In this document: positions 9,790 through 18,876 of the stretch, piece after piece
How positions within the stretch are numbered: position 1 is the stretch's first letter
Layout: each line of letters starts with the position of its first letter
Source of the DNA: a virus
DNA: 64,000 nt
Virus record (IMG/VR): IMGVR_UViG_3300044274_000334
Strand: one strand, 5' to 3'
Translations under genes and position numbers: made by a program
Notes under the pieces: generated by a model
Database searches by the model: none
Seen by the model: only the letters and a program-made list of their open reading frames with translations
What the model was told of the DNA's origin: nothing

Positions 9790-9825
9790 CTGTGGGGTTA
9801 GCTGTGGGGTTGGCTGTGGGGTCAG
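9790..9825 (+). repeat. 3 x 12-bp tandem repeat CTGTGGGGT(T/C)(A/G)G; likely integrase arm-type sites
   Basis: ctgtggggttag ctgtggggttgg ctgtggggtcag immediately upstream of int. Confidence 0.7.
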
Positions 9826-9837
9826 GAGAGAACCGGG

Positions 9838-11028
9838 ATGAAAAACAAACTTACGGCTACCGCGATCAAGAACTCCAAAGAGAGCAGGCTCTACGACGGC
9901 GGCGGCCTGATGATGATCAAAAAGGGTGTGACCGGGACGTGGTACTTTCGGTACAGCCACCTTGGCAAACGCCGGGACATGGGCCTTGGTACCTGGCCCG
10001 ACATCTCACTCGCTACCGCTCGCGAGGCTCGTGACAAATGGGCGGCAGTTCTCGCCGAAGGCATCGACCCTATCTCGAAGCGAGAAGAAGACCGGCTTGC
10101 AGAAATCGCGGAACGCGACAAAGAGGATCCGACGTTTGCTGAAATGGTGGACGTTGTGTTCGAGCAGATTAAGGGACGCCTTCGTGGCGGCGGTGTCCGT
10201 GGACGATGGCGGAGCCCTCTCGATATCCATGTCATCCCGAAGATCGGCCGCAAGCGCATGTCCCAGATAACCCAGATGGATATCAGGGACGCTATCAAAC
10301 CAATCTGGCGCAAAAAACACCCAACGGCTGAAAAGGCTATCCAACGTACCCGCATCGTATTCAATGAAAGCCGATACGCCGGGATCAGTTGCGACCCGTT
10401 CACGGTAGATGCAGCAGAGCGATTGCTTGGCGCCCACAACCACGAGGTCACGCACATCGAAGCAACCGACTGGCGCGATGTGCCGGCGCTTTGGAACAAG
10501 CTTGACCCCTCCACTGCCGCTGGCCGGTGCCTTCAATGGATGCTCCTGACGTTGGTGCGCTTCGATGGCTGCAGAATGGCACGAACCACCGAGGTGAAAG
10601 ACGGGATATGGATCGTCCCTAAGGAGCGGGTGAAGGGTCGCGAGGGCAAGGTTCGAGACTTCCACGTGCCTTTGCCTGAAGCAGCTCTCGAGATCGTGAG
10701 GGAGGCGGAAGAACAAGGCCGTGAGCTGATGTTCCCAGGACGACGAGGAAAGCCCATCACCTCTCGCGGCATCGAGGTCTATCTCGACCGTGTCGATGAG
10801 CCTGGTCGGCCGCACGGGTTTCGCACCGCATTTCGCACGTGGGTACAGGACAATGACGTGTGCTCATTCGAAGTGGCCGAAACGATCCTCAACCACAAAA
10901 TCGGATCCACGGTTGAGAGATCCTATGCCAGATCCGACCTGCTCGATCGCCGTGCGCCCGTGATGGAAGCCTGGGCGAACTATGTTTTGCAGGGAAATGG
11001 AAACGTCGTTTCGCTTCGCCGAGCATAG
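9838..11028 (+). CDS. int: Tyrosine integrase, P4-like
   Basis: N-terminal arm-binding domain (LYDGGGL...W.FRY), LVR, HGFR, LNH, catalytic Y in RSYARSD. Confidence 0.95.
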   Translation: MKNKLTATAIKNSKESRLYDGGGLMMIKKGVTGTWYFRYSHLGKRRDMGLGTWPDISLATAREARDKWAAVLAEGIDPISKREEDRLAEIAERDKEDPTFAEMVDVVFEQIKGRLRGGGVRGRWRSPLDIHVIPKIGRKRMSQITQMDIRDAIKPIWRKKHPTAEKAIQRTRIVFNESRYAGISCDPFTVDAAERLLGAHNHEVTHIEATDWRDVPALWNKLDPSTAAGRCLQWMLLTLVRFDGCRMARTTEVKDGIWIVPKERVKGREGKVRDFHVPLPEAALEIVREAEEQGRELMFPGRRGKPITSRGIEVYLDRVDEPGRPHGFRTAFRTWVQDNDVCSFEVAETILNHKIGSTVERSYARSDLLDRRAPVMEAWANYVLQGNGNVVSLRRA

Positions 11029-11207
11029 GATACAACACGATACTCAGCACTTACAGATGAATAATTTAATTATTCAGCAGAGAGGCTCGAATTACTAACG
11101 TAATGTTCAGTTAGAACACTGATTATTCCTGCAGATTGCGTGCCCTTGTCTTTATAGACATGAGCATTCATGATCGCCTCAAATTTACTTACTCGGAGGT
11201 TGGGTTG

Positions 11208-12971
11208 ATGTCGTTGACTCCGCGCGGCATGAGCGTTCAGGAAGCATATCGTCTTTATTCTGACGAAAAACTCACAGTGAATCGCCGTTATCAAAGAAAG
11301 TTGGTTTGGTCGGAAGCTGAAAAGCGACATCTGGTGGACTCAGTGGAAAAAGAGCTACCAGTCCCGCTGTTTATGTTTGCTAAAAGCAATAAAGATCCTG
11401 AAAAACTCGAAATAATCGATGGGATGCAAAGACTAAATGCAATTTTCTCATTTATCGAACATCAGTTCCTTGACGAGTCTGGTAAGTGCTTTGACGTTAG
11501 CCAATTCGCTCGAGCAACGCTCGTTAGAGATGCTGGTGTTTTTCAGGAGTATCCGGCAGAGATAGACCGGCTCCCCCCCGAAGAATGCGCAAAATTCCTA
11601 GAGTACCAATTGGCTGTAACGATAGACAGCGAAGGTAATGAAGATCGAATAAACGAAGTATTCGGCCGGATTAACAGTGGGGGACGCCGACTCAGCCCCC
11701 AAGAACAACGCCAAGCAGGCTTGGTATCAGATTTTTCCGAGTTCGTTAGAGAACTCGCTCTGGAGTTACGAGGAGACTCCTCTCCCAATGTTTTGCTTCT
11801 CAATAAAATGCCAGAAGTGAGCTTTAACACTCCAAAGGAACGACAGAGATACGGCATCGACGCCTCTGATGTATTTTGGTGTAAGCATGGGGTTATCACT
11901 GCAAATGATTTGGCACGTAGCCTGGATGAGCAAATAGTCTCTGATTTTGCAATTTCCCTGTTAAACGGCGAGCCGGTGAACGCGAGCCGAGAAGTGTTTG
12001 ACACATATTTCGACCCGAAATCTGAAGAATTTTCTGAGATCCATGCTGTACTAAATGCTTACGGTCCGGGGCGGCTCAAAGCTGAATTTTTGGCGACTAT
12101 AGGCGCAATACGGTCCGTTTTTGAGACAGGCGAATTTCTCTCTTTTCGAAATTGCGTGCACGAACAACCACGCAATCCAGCAAGAACGACTTTCTATGCC
12201 GTATTTATGTCTTTCCATGAGCTGATGTTCAAAAGCGGGATGTTTCCCGACGATTTTGGTGCAATTCGTAATGCCTTATCAGATGTCCAGAAGGACATGA
12301 TACGATCGGCGCATCACACGACGACAGCCGATCGCCAGCGTAATATCGCTGTGATCACAGGACTTATTCAAAAGTTCTTCGTGAAGAAGGATGTGGCAGC
12401 ATTCGGATCAGCGCACGCACTTGTAGTTGATCTAGAAAATTCTTTACGCCGTGCTCGATACGAAGCCAGTAGATACGAGTTCAAGTTGGGGGTGTGCGAC
12501 CTCAGTTCCACGCCGGCCTTAGCTCAGGGAATGTATGCCAAGCTGGCCCGAACCGCATGCGCAATTGCCAACACCAATCCGGGTAGCGATGGATATATAT
12601 ATCTTGGCGTTGCCGACAAACAAAGCGCAACTATCAGAGTTCAGGAGCTCTTCGGCACCGAGCCGATAAATATCGGCAATGTATATTTTGTCGGTCTCTC
12701 CCACGACTTAGCAATAATGGAGATGGACCTGGAAAATTACATTAAGAGACTGATTGCCGAAATCTCTAAACTTGACGTGTCAGAACCTCTGAGAACGCAG
12801 ATTGCAACCACAATTGACCATGCTGAATATCAAGGGCGACCATTTGTGAGGATAAGAGTCCCGGCCCAAGGTGAACTCTCCAGCTTTGAAGGTGCTTACC
12901 CTGTGAGGAAAAATTCTGAAACAGTGGATATGGGACCAACAGAGGCAGTGGCACAATCGAAGTTGTTCTGA
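11208..12971 (+). CDS. DUF262 (GmrSD/ParB-like) - Schlafen/AlbA_2 fusion
   Basis: RYQRKLVW, IIDGMQRL, FGRINSGG; C-terminal E-x4-E-x-K (EASRYEFK), IAN...GYIYLGVAD; GGAGG before ATG 11208. Confidence 0.85.
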   Translation: MSLTPRGMSVQEAYRLYSDEKLTVNRRYQRKLVWSEAEKRHLVDSVEKELPVPLFMFAKSNKDPEKLEIIDGMQRLNAIFSFIEHQFLDESGKCFDVSQFARATLVRDAGVFQEYPAEIDRLPPEECAKFLEYQLAVTIDSEGNEDRINEVFGRINSGGRRLSPQEQRQAGLVSDFSEFVRELALELRGDSSPNVLLLNKMPEVSFNTPKERQRYGIDASDVFWCKHGVITANDLARSLDEQIVSDFAISLLNGEPVNASREVFDTYFDPKSEEFSEIHAVLNAYGPGRLKAEFLATIGAIRSVFETGEFLSFRNCVHEQPRNPARTTFYAVFMSFHELMFKSGMFPDDFGAIRNALSDVQKDMIRSAHHTTTADRQRNIAVITGLIQKFFVKKDVAAFGSAHALVVDLENSLRRARYEASRYEFKLGVCDLSSTPALAQGMYAKLARTACAIANTNPGSDGYIYLGVADKQSATIRVQELFGTEPINIGNVYFVGLSHDLAIMEMDLENYIKRLIAEISKLDVSEPLRTQIATTIDHAEYQGRPFVRIRVPAQGELSSFEGAYPVRKNSETVDMGPTEAVAQSKLF

Positions 12972-13113
12972 TGAGAACCGCCACGACTCGCTCGATGGTT
13001 CGCAATGTGCTTACTTTCGTTGCCAACAATATTTAATCGCTAAAATTATCTTGCTCTCTGTCAACCACCGGTAGTTTCTAGCACAGCCCTTCGTTCATAC
13101 GTATGGGCGCACT

Positions 13114-13887
13114 ATGGACAGCGAAGAGATACGTCGGGCGTTGCGCGCCTTCACGTCCCAACGCGGGATTACTATCGCGGACTGGTCCCGTCGGGCACGG
13201 ATTAGTCCGAGTGCTGTCTATGCATTCCTCAACGGCGAGACCGAAGACATCGGATCTCGCCGGCTTATCGCGCTGGCAAATGCCGAGGACGTTTCCCTGG
13301 ACGACTTGCTGGGCCGCTCTATGTTCGATTTCGCCCTAGCAAAGAAGGCGATGATAGAGCTGGCTGAGAAGCACGGCGGGCGCCTTAGGATGGAAGACGT
13401 CGCAACCGCGACCAACATTCCTGTCCGGTCGCTTATGACACGGTGGTCTTCGGTCAACGAGATGATCATCGACGCCTACATCAGCGTGAACCTTGATCGA
13501 TCTGCGGAGAACATCGGGCGCGCATCCGGCACCAAAGTTCTCAACCGCCTCGAGACTTCCATCCACACGTCCTTCGATTGGTATTCAAAACGGCGTGAAT
13601 TTTACACCGCCTACCAGGCTGCGATCCTTACCGCTTCGGACGCCAGAAAACGCGATGATGCAATGATGGAAGCAGAGATCGCCTCGCAAGTTAAGCGAGA
13701 GGTTTTGGACGCCGCAGATGATCTGCTTATTCTCGATGACGGGGAAAAGTACCGGCTTGCGGTCGTTTTGGTGTCGTTGTTTCACAATGTCGTCAAATTG
13801 CACGGCCAGGGATCGGTGCGCGGTATGACGAGAGTTTTCATGGCCTTAGCCAGAACGACGCTCTCAGGGCGAATTTCAATAACCTAG
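13114..13887 (+). CDS. Xre HTH fused to TetR-like regulator
   Basis: IADWSRRARISPSAVYAFLNGE (Xre), then LRMEDVATATNIPVRSLMTRW (TetR-like HTH) and helical C-terminus. Confidence 0.75.
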   Translation: MDSEEIRRALRAFTSQRGITIADWSRRARISPSAVYAFLNGETEDIGSRRLIALANAEDVSLDDLLGRSMFDFALAKKAMIELAEKHGGRLRMEDVATATNIPVRSLMTRWSSVNEMIIDAYISVNLDRSAENIGRASGTKVLNRLETSIHTSFDWYSKRREFYTAYQAAILTASDARKRDDAMMEAEIASQVKREVLDAADDLLILDDGEKYRLAVVLVSLFHNVVKLHGQGSVRGMTRVFMALARTTLSGRISIT

Positions 13888-13984
13888 AGCCACAACCGAT
13901 TTATTCCAGATTACTGGAATGCAACCTTATTGCGATACACCACAACCTAGTTAAATCTCCGCCCTACCAACGTGGAGTAGGTTA

Positions 13985-14635
13985 ATGAGTACCCTTGGTG
14001 GAATGCATACGGTTGAAAACATTAAAGAGTCGTTAGCGGGAGAAGACGACATCATCATCCTGAAACGCTCCCACTTTCTGAATATCCTGGCACGAGCTGG
14101 CGTCGACGCGGACGACTTGCTCGAGCACCCGCCCTGCACAGAACGGGGCCTGACTGTCACGCAACGCCCTACAGCGAAAGACGTGAGTGAAGCATGGGCA
14201 GAGACTTACTCCGGTGTGGAATGGGAGAATACCGACAAGGAGGCAATCGGCCTCATCCTGAAGAACCTACCGGACTTTGCTCCGAGAAAGGCAGTCGACA
14301 CGATCATCGGCAACAAGTCTTGGACTGAGTTCAGGTGCGACCTCTGCAATGAGGACAGTGATGAACTCGCCGAGATCAAATGCAACGGCAACGTCTTGCA
14401 GATCTGCCGGTGCTGCATGAAGGACGCGATCGGACAGTTCAAAACATCGGCGAAAGACGATCGCCCGATCAGACTGCCCGTCGGATCCTCGCTGGTAAGA
14501 TCAAACCAAGACAGTTTCGTCCGGGTCTACCAGAAAGCCGAGAATGGCAATGCCTTCGAGACGGCCAACGGAAGCGGTGATGGTACCAGGTCGTCTCTCG
14601 TGTTGATCGACACGATGCGAAGAAACTGCGGATAG
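13985..14635 (+). CDS. Hypothetical phage protein with Cys pairs
   Basis: CDLC and ICRCC motifs; GGAG upstream. Confidence 0.65.
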   Translation: MSTLGGMHTVENIKESLAGEDDIIILKRSHFLNILARAGVDADDLLEHPPCTERGLTVTQRPTAKDVSEAWAETYSGVEWENTDKEAIGLILKNLPDFAPRKAVDTIIGNKSWTEFRCDLCNEDSDELAEIKCNGNVLQICRCCMKDAIGQFKTSAKDDRPIRLPVGSSLVRSNQDSFVRVYQKAENGNAFETANGSGDGTRSSLVLIDTMRRNCG

Positions 14636-14646
14636 ATCCAGAAACG

Positions 14647-14678
14647 AAAAAAGACCCCGCAGCCGAAGCCGCGGGGTC
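14647..14678 (-). terminator. Terminator at the end of the late operon
   Basis: GACCCCGC/GCGGGGTC stem with A-run on the left, between convergent genes. Confidence 0.75.
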
Positions 14679-14696
14679 AAACTCAAGATCATAGTT

Positions 14697-15170
14697 TTAA
14701 GGTGCCACGTTGAACCGTGTGCAGACAGGGCCGAATGATCGTTGCCTGTCGTCGTCGTTCCTCAAGAGATAGCTGGCGCAAAGCTCGTAACGACCTGGCT
14801 GCAAGTCACAACCATCGTCGTCACCAACAAAGTCGTCGAGTGTCATGACGATCGTTCCGCTCGTGTACGTCTTGTAGTGGGCATATTCGCTACCGCTGCA
14901 ACGGATCCCCTTCGGCTCTCCGATCTTGAAGACCCGGGCCGACCAGACACCCCGAACACTTCGGTTGATTTGGCGCTTGTACCTGACGTTCCAGCCGCCC
15001 TCCTGATCCTTGAAGACGTCAATCGAGACGTCGAACCATGGCTGAGGCGTTGTCACATCATCGAACAGCTCGACCGCTGGCTTATGTACCAGGAAGGCAA
15101 GGAACGCCAGTAAGACCACCCAGCCGAATGAACGGTCTCCAATCTCCAACGAACGGAACATGCGCATCAC
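14697..15170 (-). CDS. Membrane-anchored periplasmic phage protein
   Basis: One N-terminal TM segment, four Cys; coupled to the upstream holin-like gene. Confidence 0.7.
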   Translation of the reverse strand: MMRMFRSLEIGDRSFGWVVLLAFLAFLVHKPAVELFDDVTTPQPWFDVSIDVFKDQEGGWNVRYKRQINRSVRGVWSARVFKIGEPKGIRCSGSEYAHYKTYTSGTIVMTLDDFVGDDDGCDLQPGRYELCASYLLRNDDDRQRSFGPVCTRFNVAP

Positions 15171-15460
15171 TTCACCCCGCGAAAGGATTTGATCAGATCG
15201 ACGATCACACGGGCATGGAGGTTGGCCAGGAACCGAGTGATCGCGTACCCAGACATAGACATCAAACCCGCAACCCCATTCCGATAGGTGGTGGGATCCA
15301 GATCCATCCAGTCGATGAGGATGTCGGTCAGGAAGATTGAACAGAACAGGCCCGCCGCTACCCGTGCAGCAGCAAGCCCAAACGAATGCTTGTCAGAGCA
15401 AAGGACCGAGACGACAAGGCCCCCGCCCGTCGCAGCGATGAACCATAGCTGGTCTTTCAT
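15167..15460 (-). CDS. Holin-like membrane protein
   Basis: 97 aa, 2-3 hydrophobic segments, basic C-terminus, in the lysis cassette. Confidence 0.55.
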   Translation of the reverse strand: MKDQLWFIAATGGGLVVSVLCSDKHSFGLAAARVAAGLFCSIFLTDILIDWMDLDPTTYRNGVAGLMSMSGYAITRFLANLHARVIVDLIKSFRGVK

Positions 15461-15487
15461 GATGGCCTCGTCGTTTTTGGTTTTGGT

Positions 15488-15793
15488 TTAGGGCCCGTCG
15501 TCTTCCGCGTAGCCATCTTTGATCTGGTCGTACCAACCGGAACATCGAACTATCCGAGAGTTGGCACGGCCGAGTGCGTTGTCGGTCCGGATCAACGCAA
15601 CATCGAGCGGCTCGCCAGGCCGCACACCTGAGCGCTCAGTGCGCCGGCAATCTTCCGGATAGGCCGGAAGCTCCTTAGTCGCCTCGACCTCCCCTGCCTG
15701 CTCGGCAGCGGCACGAAGGCGGTCATCAACGGTTTCGCAGGCGCTCAATAAGATCAGGCTGCACAACGCAATCTGCACCGACGGTCGAAGCAT
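15488..15793 (-). CDS. o-spanin (Rz1-like lipoprotein)
   Basis: MLRPSVQIALCSLILLSAC lipobox; overlaps the i-spanin 3' end. Confidence 0.8.
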   Translation of the reverse strand: MLRPSVQIALCSLILLSACETVDDRLRAAAEQAGEVEATKELPAYPEDCRRTERSGVRPGEPLDVALIRTDNALGRANSRIVRCSGWYDQIKDGYAEDDGP

Positions 15794-16091
15794 ATTTTTC
15801 CAGCTCCTTTGTTGCGGCCTCTGCGTCGGCATTGGCCTGTTCGATGAGGGTTCGGAACTGCCGGCTCGCCCGCTCCGCAACCATCTTTCGCCGCTTCAGC
15901 TCTTCCATCTGCACCCGCGCCGATGTCAGCTCCACTTTCGCGACGTATTCCACGACCGCCCGACGGACGGCGCTCGACTTATCGACCTTGTGCCAAATGA
16001 AAAGGCCGCCTAGGACGGCGGCCACAGAGATGATGGCAACAACGGTTCGGCTCTTCAGAGCCAGCTCGACAAGAGTCAGCATGAAATCCAC
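15726..16091 (-). CDS. i-spanin (Rz-like)
   Basis: N-terminal TM segment followed by coiled coil; position after endolysin. Confidence 0.75.
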   Translation of the reverse strand: MDFMLTLVELALKSRTVVAIISVAAVLGGLFIWHKVDKSSAVRRAVVEYVAKVELTSARVQMEELKRRKMVAERASRQFRTLIEQANADAEAATKELEKYASTVGADCVVQPDLIERLRNR

Positions 16092-16372
16092 TCTCCGTTC
16101 CGAAGCCAGCCGTGCCAGTGACCTACGTGATTAACCGACGGTTCCAGGCTCGGCTTGTCCAGGCTCCCGTTCCATTTCCACGAAGGACCGCCACGCGGCT
16201 TGAACCCATCACCGACGGTGAGCGGCCCTTGATGCCCGCAGCCGCACGGACAGCGGCACCAAAAGGACTGCTCACCATCGCTGTCTGGGTCACAGACAAA
16301 AAAACTTCCGGGGACGTTCTGTGCCCGGAAGTCTTCCTTCGTCATACAAAGTGCCGCGACGCCGGGTTTCAT
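16076..16372 (-). CDS. DUF6527-like Cys/His-rich protein
   Basis: CPCGCG...WKWNGSLDKPSLEPSV..HWHGWLRNGEW; ATG overlaps endolysin stop. Confidence 0.7.
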   Translation of the reverse strand: MKPGVAALCMTKEDFRAQNVPGSFFVCDPDSDGEQSFWCRCPCGCGHQGPLTVGDGFKPRGGPSWKWNGSLDKPSLEPSVNHVGHWHGWLRNGEWISC

Positions 16373-16875
16373 TTCAGACCCGTCATGCAAAGCTCGTATT
16401 CGCCAATACGGTTGCGGTCTCCATTCTCGCGGCGCAGAACAAGACCACGGATGGTTTTGCCACCAGCCTTGTTGAACCATGTGAGCGCTTCGCAGGCGTC
16501 CGCATACTGCTTCGCCTTGGCACGACGAGCTGCAGTCGATCGGCAGATCGCTCCGGTACCGACGTTGTAAGCCGCGTCGAGCATCGCCGCCTGAAGGCTC
16601 AGAGGAAGCTGGTCGTAACCGGCAACGCATTTCTGAAGCGGTCGCCGGTAGTCCTTCTCGAGCGTGCGGTAGAGCATTTCCCTGCACTGCTCATCGGTGT
16701 AGTAGTCGCCCTTCCGGACGCCCTTCGTCTCGCCGGTGCAGACAGTCCAGACTTTTCCAAGCCGGTCCCAATACGCCCGGTTCTCCGTTCCTTCCCACGG
16801 TGCGGTCAGGTAGGTGGCGGTCAGCGCCACAAGGCCAAGGCCCGACGCCAGTGCGGCTTTCGCTCGCTTACTCAT
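16369..16875 (-). CDS. Endolysin, GH24 lysozyme, probable SAR type
   Basis: Ala/Gly-rich N-terminal anchor, EG-x7-D...WTVCTG, AYNVG, GLVLRR. Confidence 0.92.
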   Translation of the reverse strand: MSKRAKAALASGLGLVALTATYLTAPWEGTENRAYWDRLGKVWTVCTGETKGVRKGDYYTDEQCREMLYRTLEKDYRRPLQKCVAGYDQLPLSLQAAMLDAAYNVGTGAICRSTAARRAKAKQYADACEALTWFNKAGGKTIRGLVLRRENGDRNRIGEYELCMTGLK

Positions 16876-17080
16876 CTTCGAGATCCTTCTGTGCTGTGAG
16901 GCGGGCGACAAACGCGCCCGCAGTGACGGCGACAGACAGCAGCGCGAAGCGCCCTGGTGCTATGAAGTCGCCGAAGTAGGGCAAGGCCACCTCGACCCCG
17001 GAAAGCAGACCCGCGAGGATGATCAGGCGAATGCTCCATGCCCGCGTCACGACGTCTTTCCAATTGCGAATGGGTTTCAT
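16868..17080 (-). CDS. Holin/pinholin-like, 2 TM
   Basis: MKPIRNWKDVVTRAWSIRLIIL...; directly upstream of the endolysin. Confidence 0.7.
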   Translation of the reverse strand: MKPIRNWKDVVTRAWSIRLIILAGLLSGVEVALPYFGDFIAPGRFALLSVAVTAGAFVARLTAQKDLEDE

Positions 17081-17102
17081 CACGGCCTCCGTGCCTGATG
17101 CC

Positions 17103-17145
17103 AAAAAGAAACCCGCCTGCAGGGGAGGAAGCTCCTGCAGGCGGG
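17103..17145 (-). terminator. Terminator between tail and lysis genes
   Basis: CCCGCCTGCAGG/CCTGCAGGCGGG 12-bp stem with A-rich run on the left. Confidence 0.7.
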
Positions 17146-17186
17146 CCTGTGTGGGGTAGATCCTGGGAGTGACCTACCTCACGAGG

Positions 17187-17435
17187 TCATTCCCAGAGGG
17201 AAATCGGTTGCGCCGTTTCGATCACCGCGGACTCTTCTGGCATCCGGATCAGCGTGCCGGCCGTCAGGATGGGGCCTTTCGCGGCCAAGCCAGGATTGAG
17301 TTCGAGGATGCGTTCGGTGTTACGTCCGTGCTCGCCGTAGAAAGCGTTGGCGACCGCGTCGACCATGTCACCATCGGCACAAACGTAAACCGGCTTGCCG
17401 TCCGGGCCAGTCGTCATCCGAGAGAGGAAGCTCAT
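17187..17435 (-). CDS. Tail protein X (P2 gpX-like)
   Basis: GDMVDAVANAFYG...NPGLAAKGPILTAGTLIRMP. Confidence 0.88.
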   Translation of the reverse strand: MSFLSRMTTGPDGKPVYVCADGDMVDAVANAFYGEHGRNTERILELNPGLAAKGPILTAGTLIRMPEESAVIETAQPISLWE

Positions 17436-18424
17436 TCAGTGGGTACCTCGCACTGTAGCTCGGTGGTGTAAGGTGATGTGGCCGAGAAGTTATGGACCAC
17501 GCTTGTGGCCCGCCATTTGCCATCGACACCCGGCCTGACGCCACTCACGGTAACCACAGACTCTGCAAGAGCGTACGGATCACCATCGATCGTGAATGTG
17601 GCCGTCGCCTGGGCGCGAACCAGATCGTCGGCCTTGGCTTTCGCCGCCTTCTTGGCCTCCTCCTCGTCCGCGAACGGGGACCGAAGCGTGTACTTTGGTC
17701 CCTCCATGCCGGTGTCCCAGATGATCGGTACACGCTCATTTTTTTTGCGATCGTAGTAGCTGGCCTCGACCTGCTTGTAGCGGCTCGAGTCTTTGTGGCT
17801 CGTGCTGTACGAAATCAGGTTGAGCCCCGGCGCCACGGCAATGCCGCCAAGCTCCTTCCCGCTGGAAGACTTGCCCTTGCCTGACGGCACGACAACCAAC
17901 CGCCCGGACTTCACAGAGACACTTGCACCGATTTTCTCTGCGATCCGCGACAGGAACTCCAAGCCGTTCTCTTCGGCCTGAAATTCCCCAGGTGACACCA
18001 AGCTCTTCAGGTCAGAGAACATGGACAGAGAGAGCTTCAGATCCTTGGCGACTTCCTCGAAGATCTTCCCGTAGTTGGAATGAGTTTTCTTCGGAAAGCC
18101 CTTAGGCTTCCGCTCCTTCGCGTTACCCTTGGCGTCAACGGATTGGGCGCTGATGGAGATCCTTTGAGGCCACCCCTCGTACTCGACATTGTCGACCACG
18201 AACTCGCCGAAGTCGCGCTGCTTGTCCTGATATCCGCCTTTCGCCCGTATCTTTGCCCCTGTCCTCGGGCTTTGGATCTGCCCGTCCTTGTCATCAAGAG
18301 TGAGCTGCAGAGTGTCCGATTTCAGGCCGATACCATCGGTGACCACCATGTCGAGGAGACGGCTTGCAACCTTCGACGTGATGTCCTGGCCGTTGACCTC
18401 GATGGAGAAGACGACGACGGGCAT
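17432..18424 (-). CDS. Baseplate hub / late control D (P2 gpD-like)
   Basis: SDTLQLTLDD, FLSRIAEKIGA, FTIDGDP; synteny U-X-D. Confidence 0.88.
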   Translation of the reverse strand: MPVVVFSIEVNGQDITSKVASRLLDMVVTDGIGLKSDTLQLTLDDKDGQIQSPRTGAKIRAKGGYQDKQRDFGEFVVDNVEYEGWPQRISISAQSVDAKGNAKERKPKGFPKKTHSNYGKIFEEVAKDLKLSLSMFSDLKSLVSPGEFQAEENGLEFLSRIAEKIGASVSVKSGRLVVVPSGKGKSSSGKELGGIAVAPGLNLISYSTSHKDSSRYKQVEASYYDRKKNERVPIIWDTGMEGPKYTLRSPFADEEEAKKAAKAKADDLVRAQATATFTIDGDPYALAESVVTVSGVRPGVDGKWRATSVVHNFSATSPYTTELQCEVPTE

Positions 18425-18876
18425 TAGAACAAGCTCCCTATCCCGGCGATCGCCCTGTTAGCGATGCCTCGAGCAGTCGCCCCGATCCCGCCTTCTTGTG
18501 TCATCTCGAGCTTAACCGTCACCGTTTGGGGGCGGCCGACCGCGTCAAACATCGTCTGATCTTCCGAGACTGACTTTGCGATCCACAAGCCGAACACGTT
18601 CGGGATGATGCCGTTGATGTGAACCAACGGAAACGGCACCAATGACGATGCCGCCGCCCTCACCCCGGCAAGTTGCGCAAGTCCACCGCCATTGAGGTGC
18701 ATCGGGTGAAAGGTTGAGGACAGTGTTACGGTTTCGTTGGTGGGCCCCAGCCGGTGCAGCGGCGGCGTTGCACCGATCACAGGCTGGGCTTCAATGCGCG
18801 GAGAAATGGACCGGCTCAACGCCTCGACCGAATAGGTCGGGACCGTAAACATGAATGGTCCCCATGCCATCAGCAT
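18424..18876 (-). CDS. Tail protein U (P2 gpU-like)
   Basis: MLMAWGPFMF...GPTNETVTL; follows the tape measure gene. Confidence 0.85.
   Translation of the reverse strand: MLMAWGPFMFTVPTYSVEALSRSISPRIEAQPVIGATPPLHRLGPTNETVTLSSTFHPMHLNGGGLAQLAGVRAAASSLVPFPLVHINGIIPNVFGLWIAKSVSEDQTMFDAVGRPQTVTVKLEMTQEGGIGATARGIANRAIAGIGSLF

Noticed and set aside
9790-9825. Tandem repeats as a mini-CRISPR array
   Set aside because: 12-bp units with no spacers and no cas genes; position fits integrase arm sites
9891-10815. Long antisense ORFs over the integrase (similar ones over 44561-45355, 58956-60554 and the structural genes)
   Set aside because: Shadow ORFs of high-GC coding DNA with no RBS or motifs
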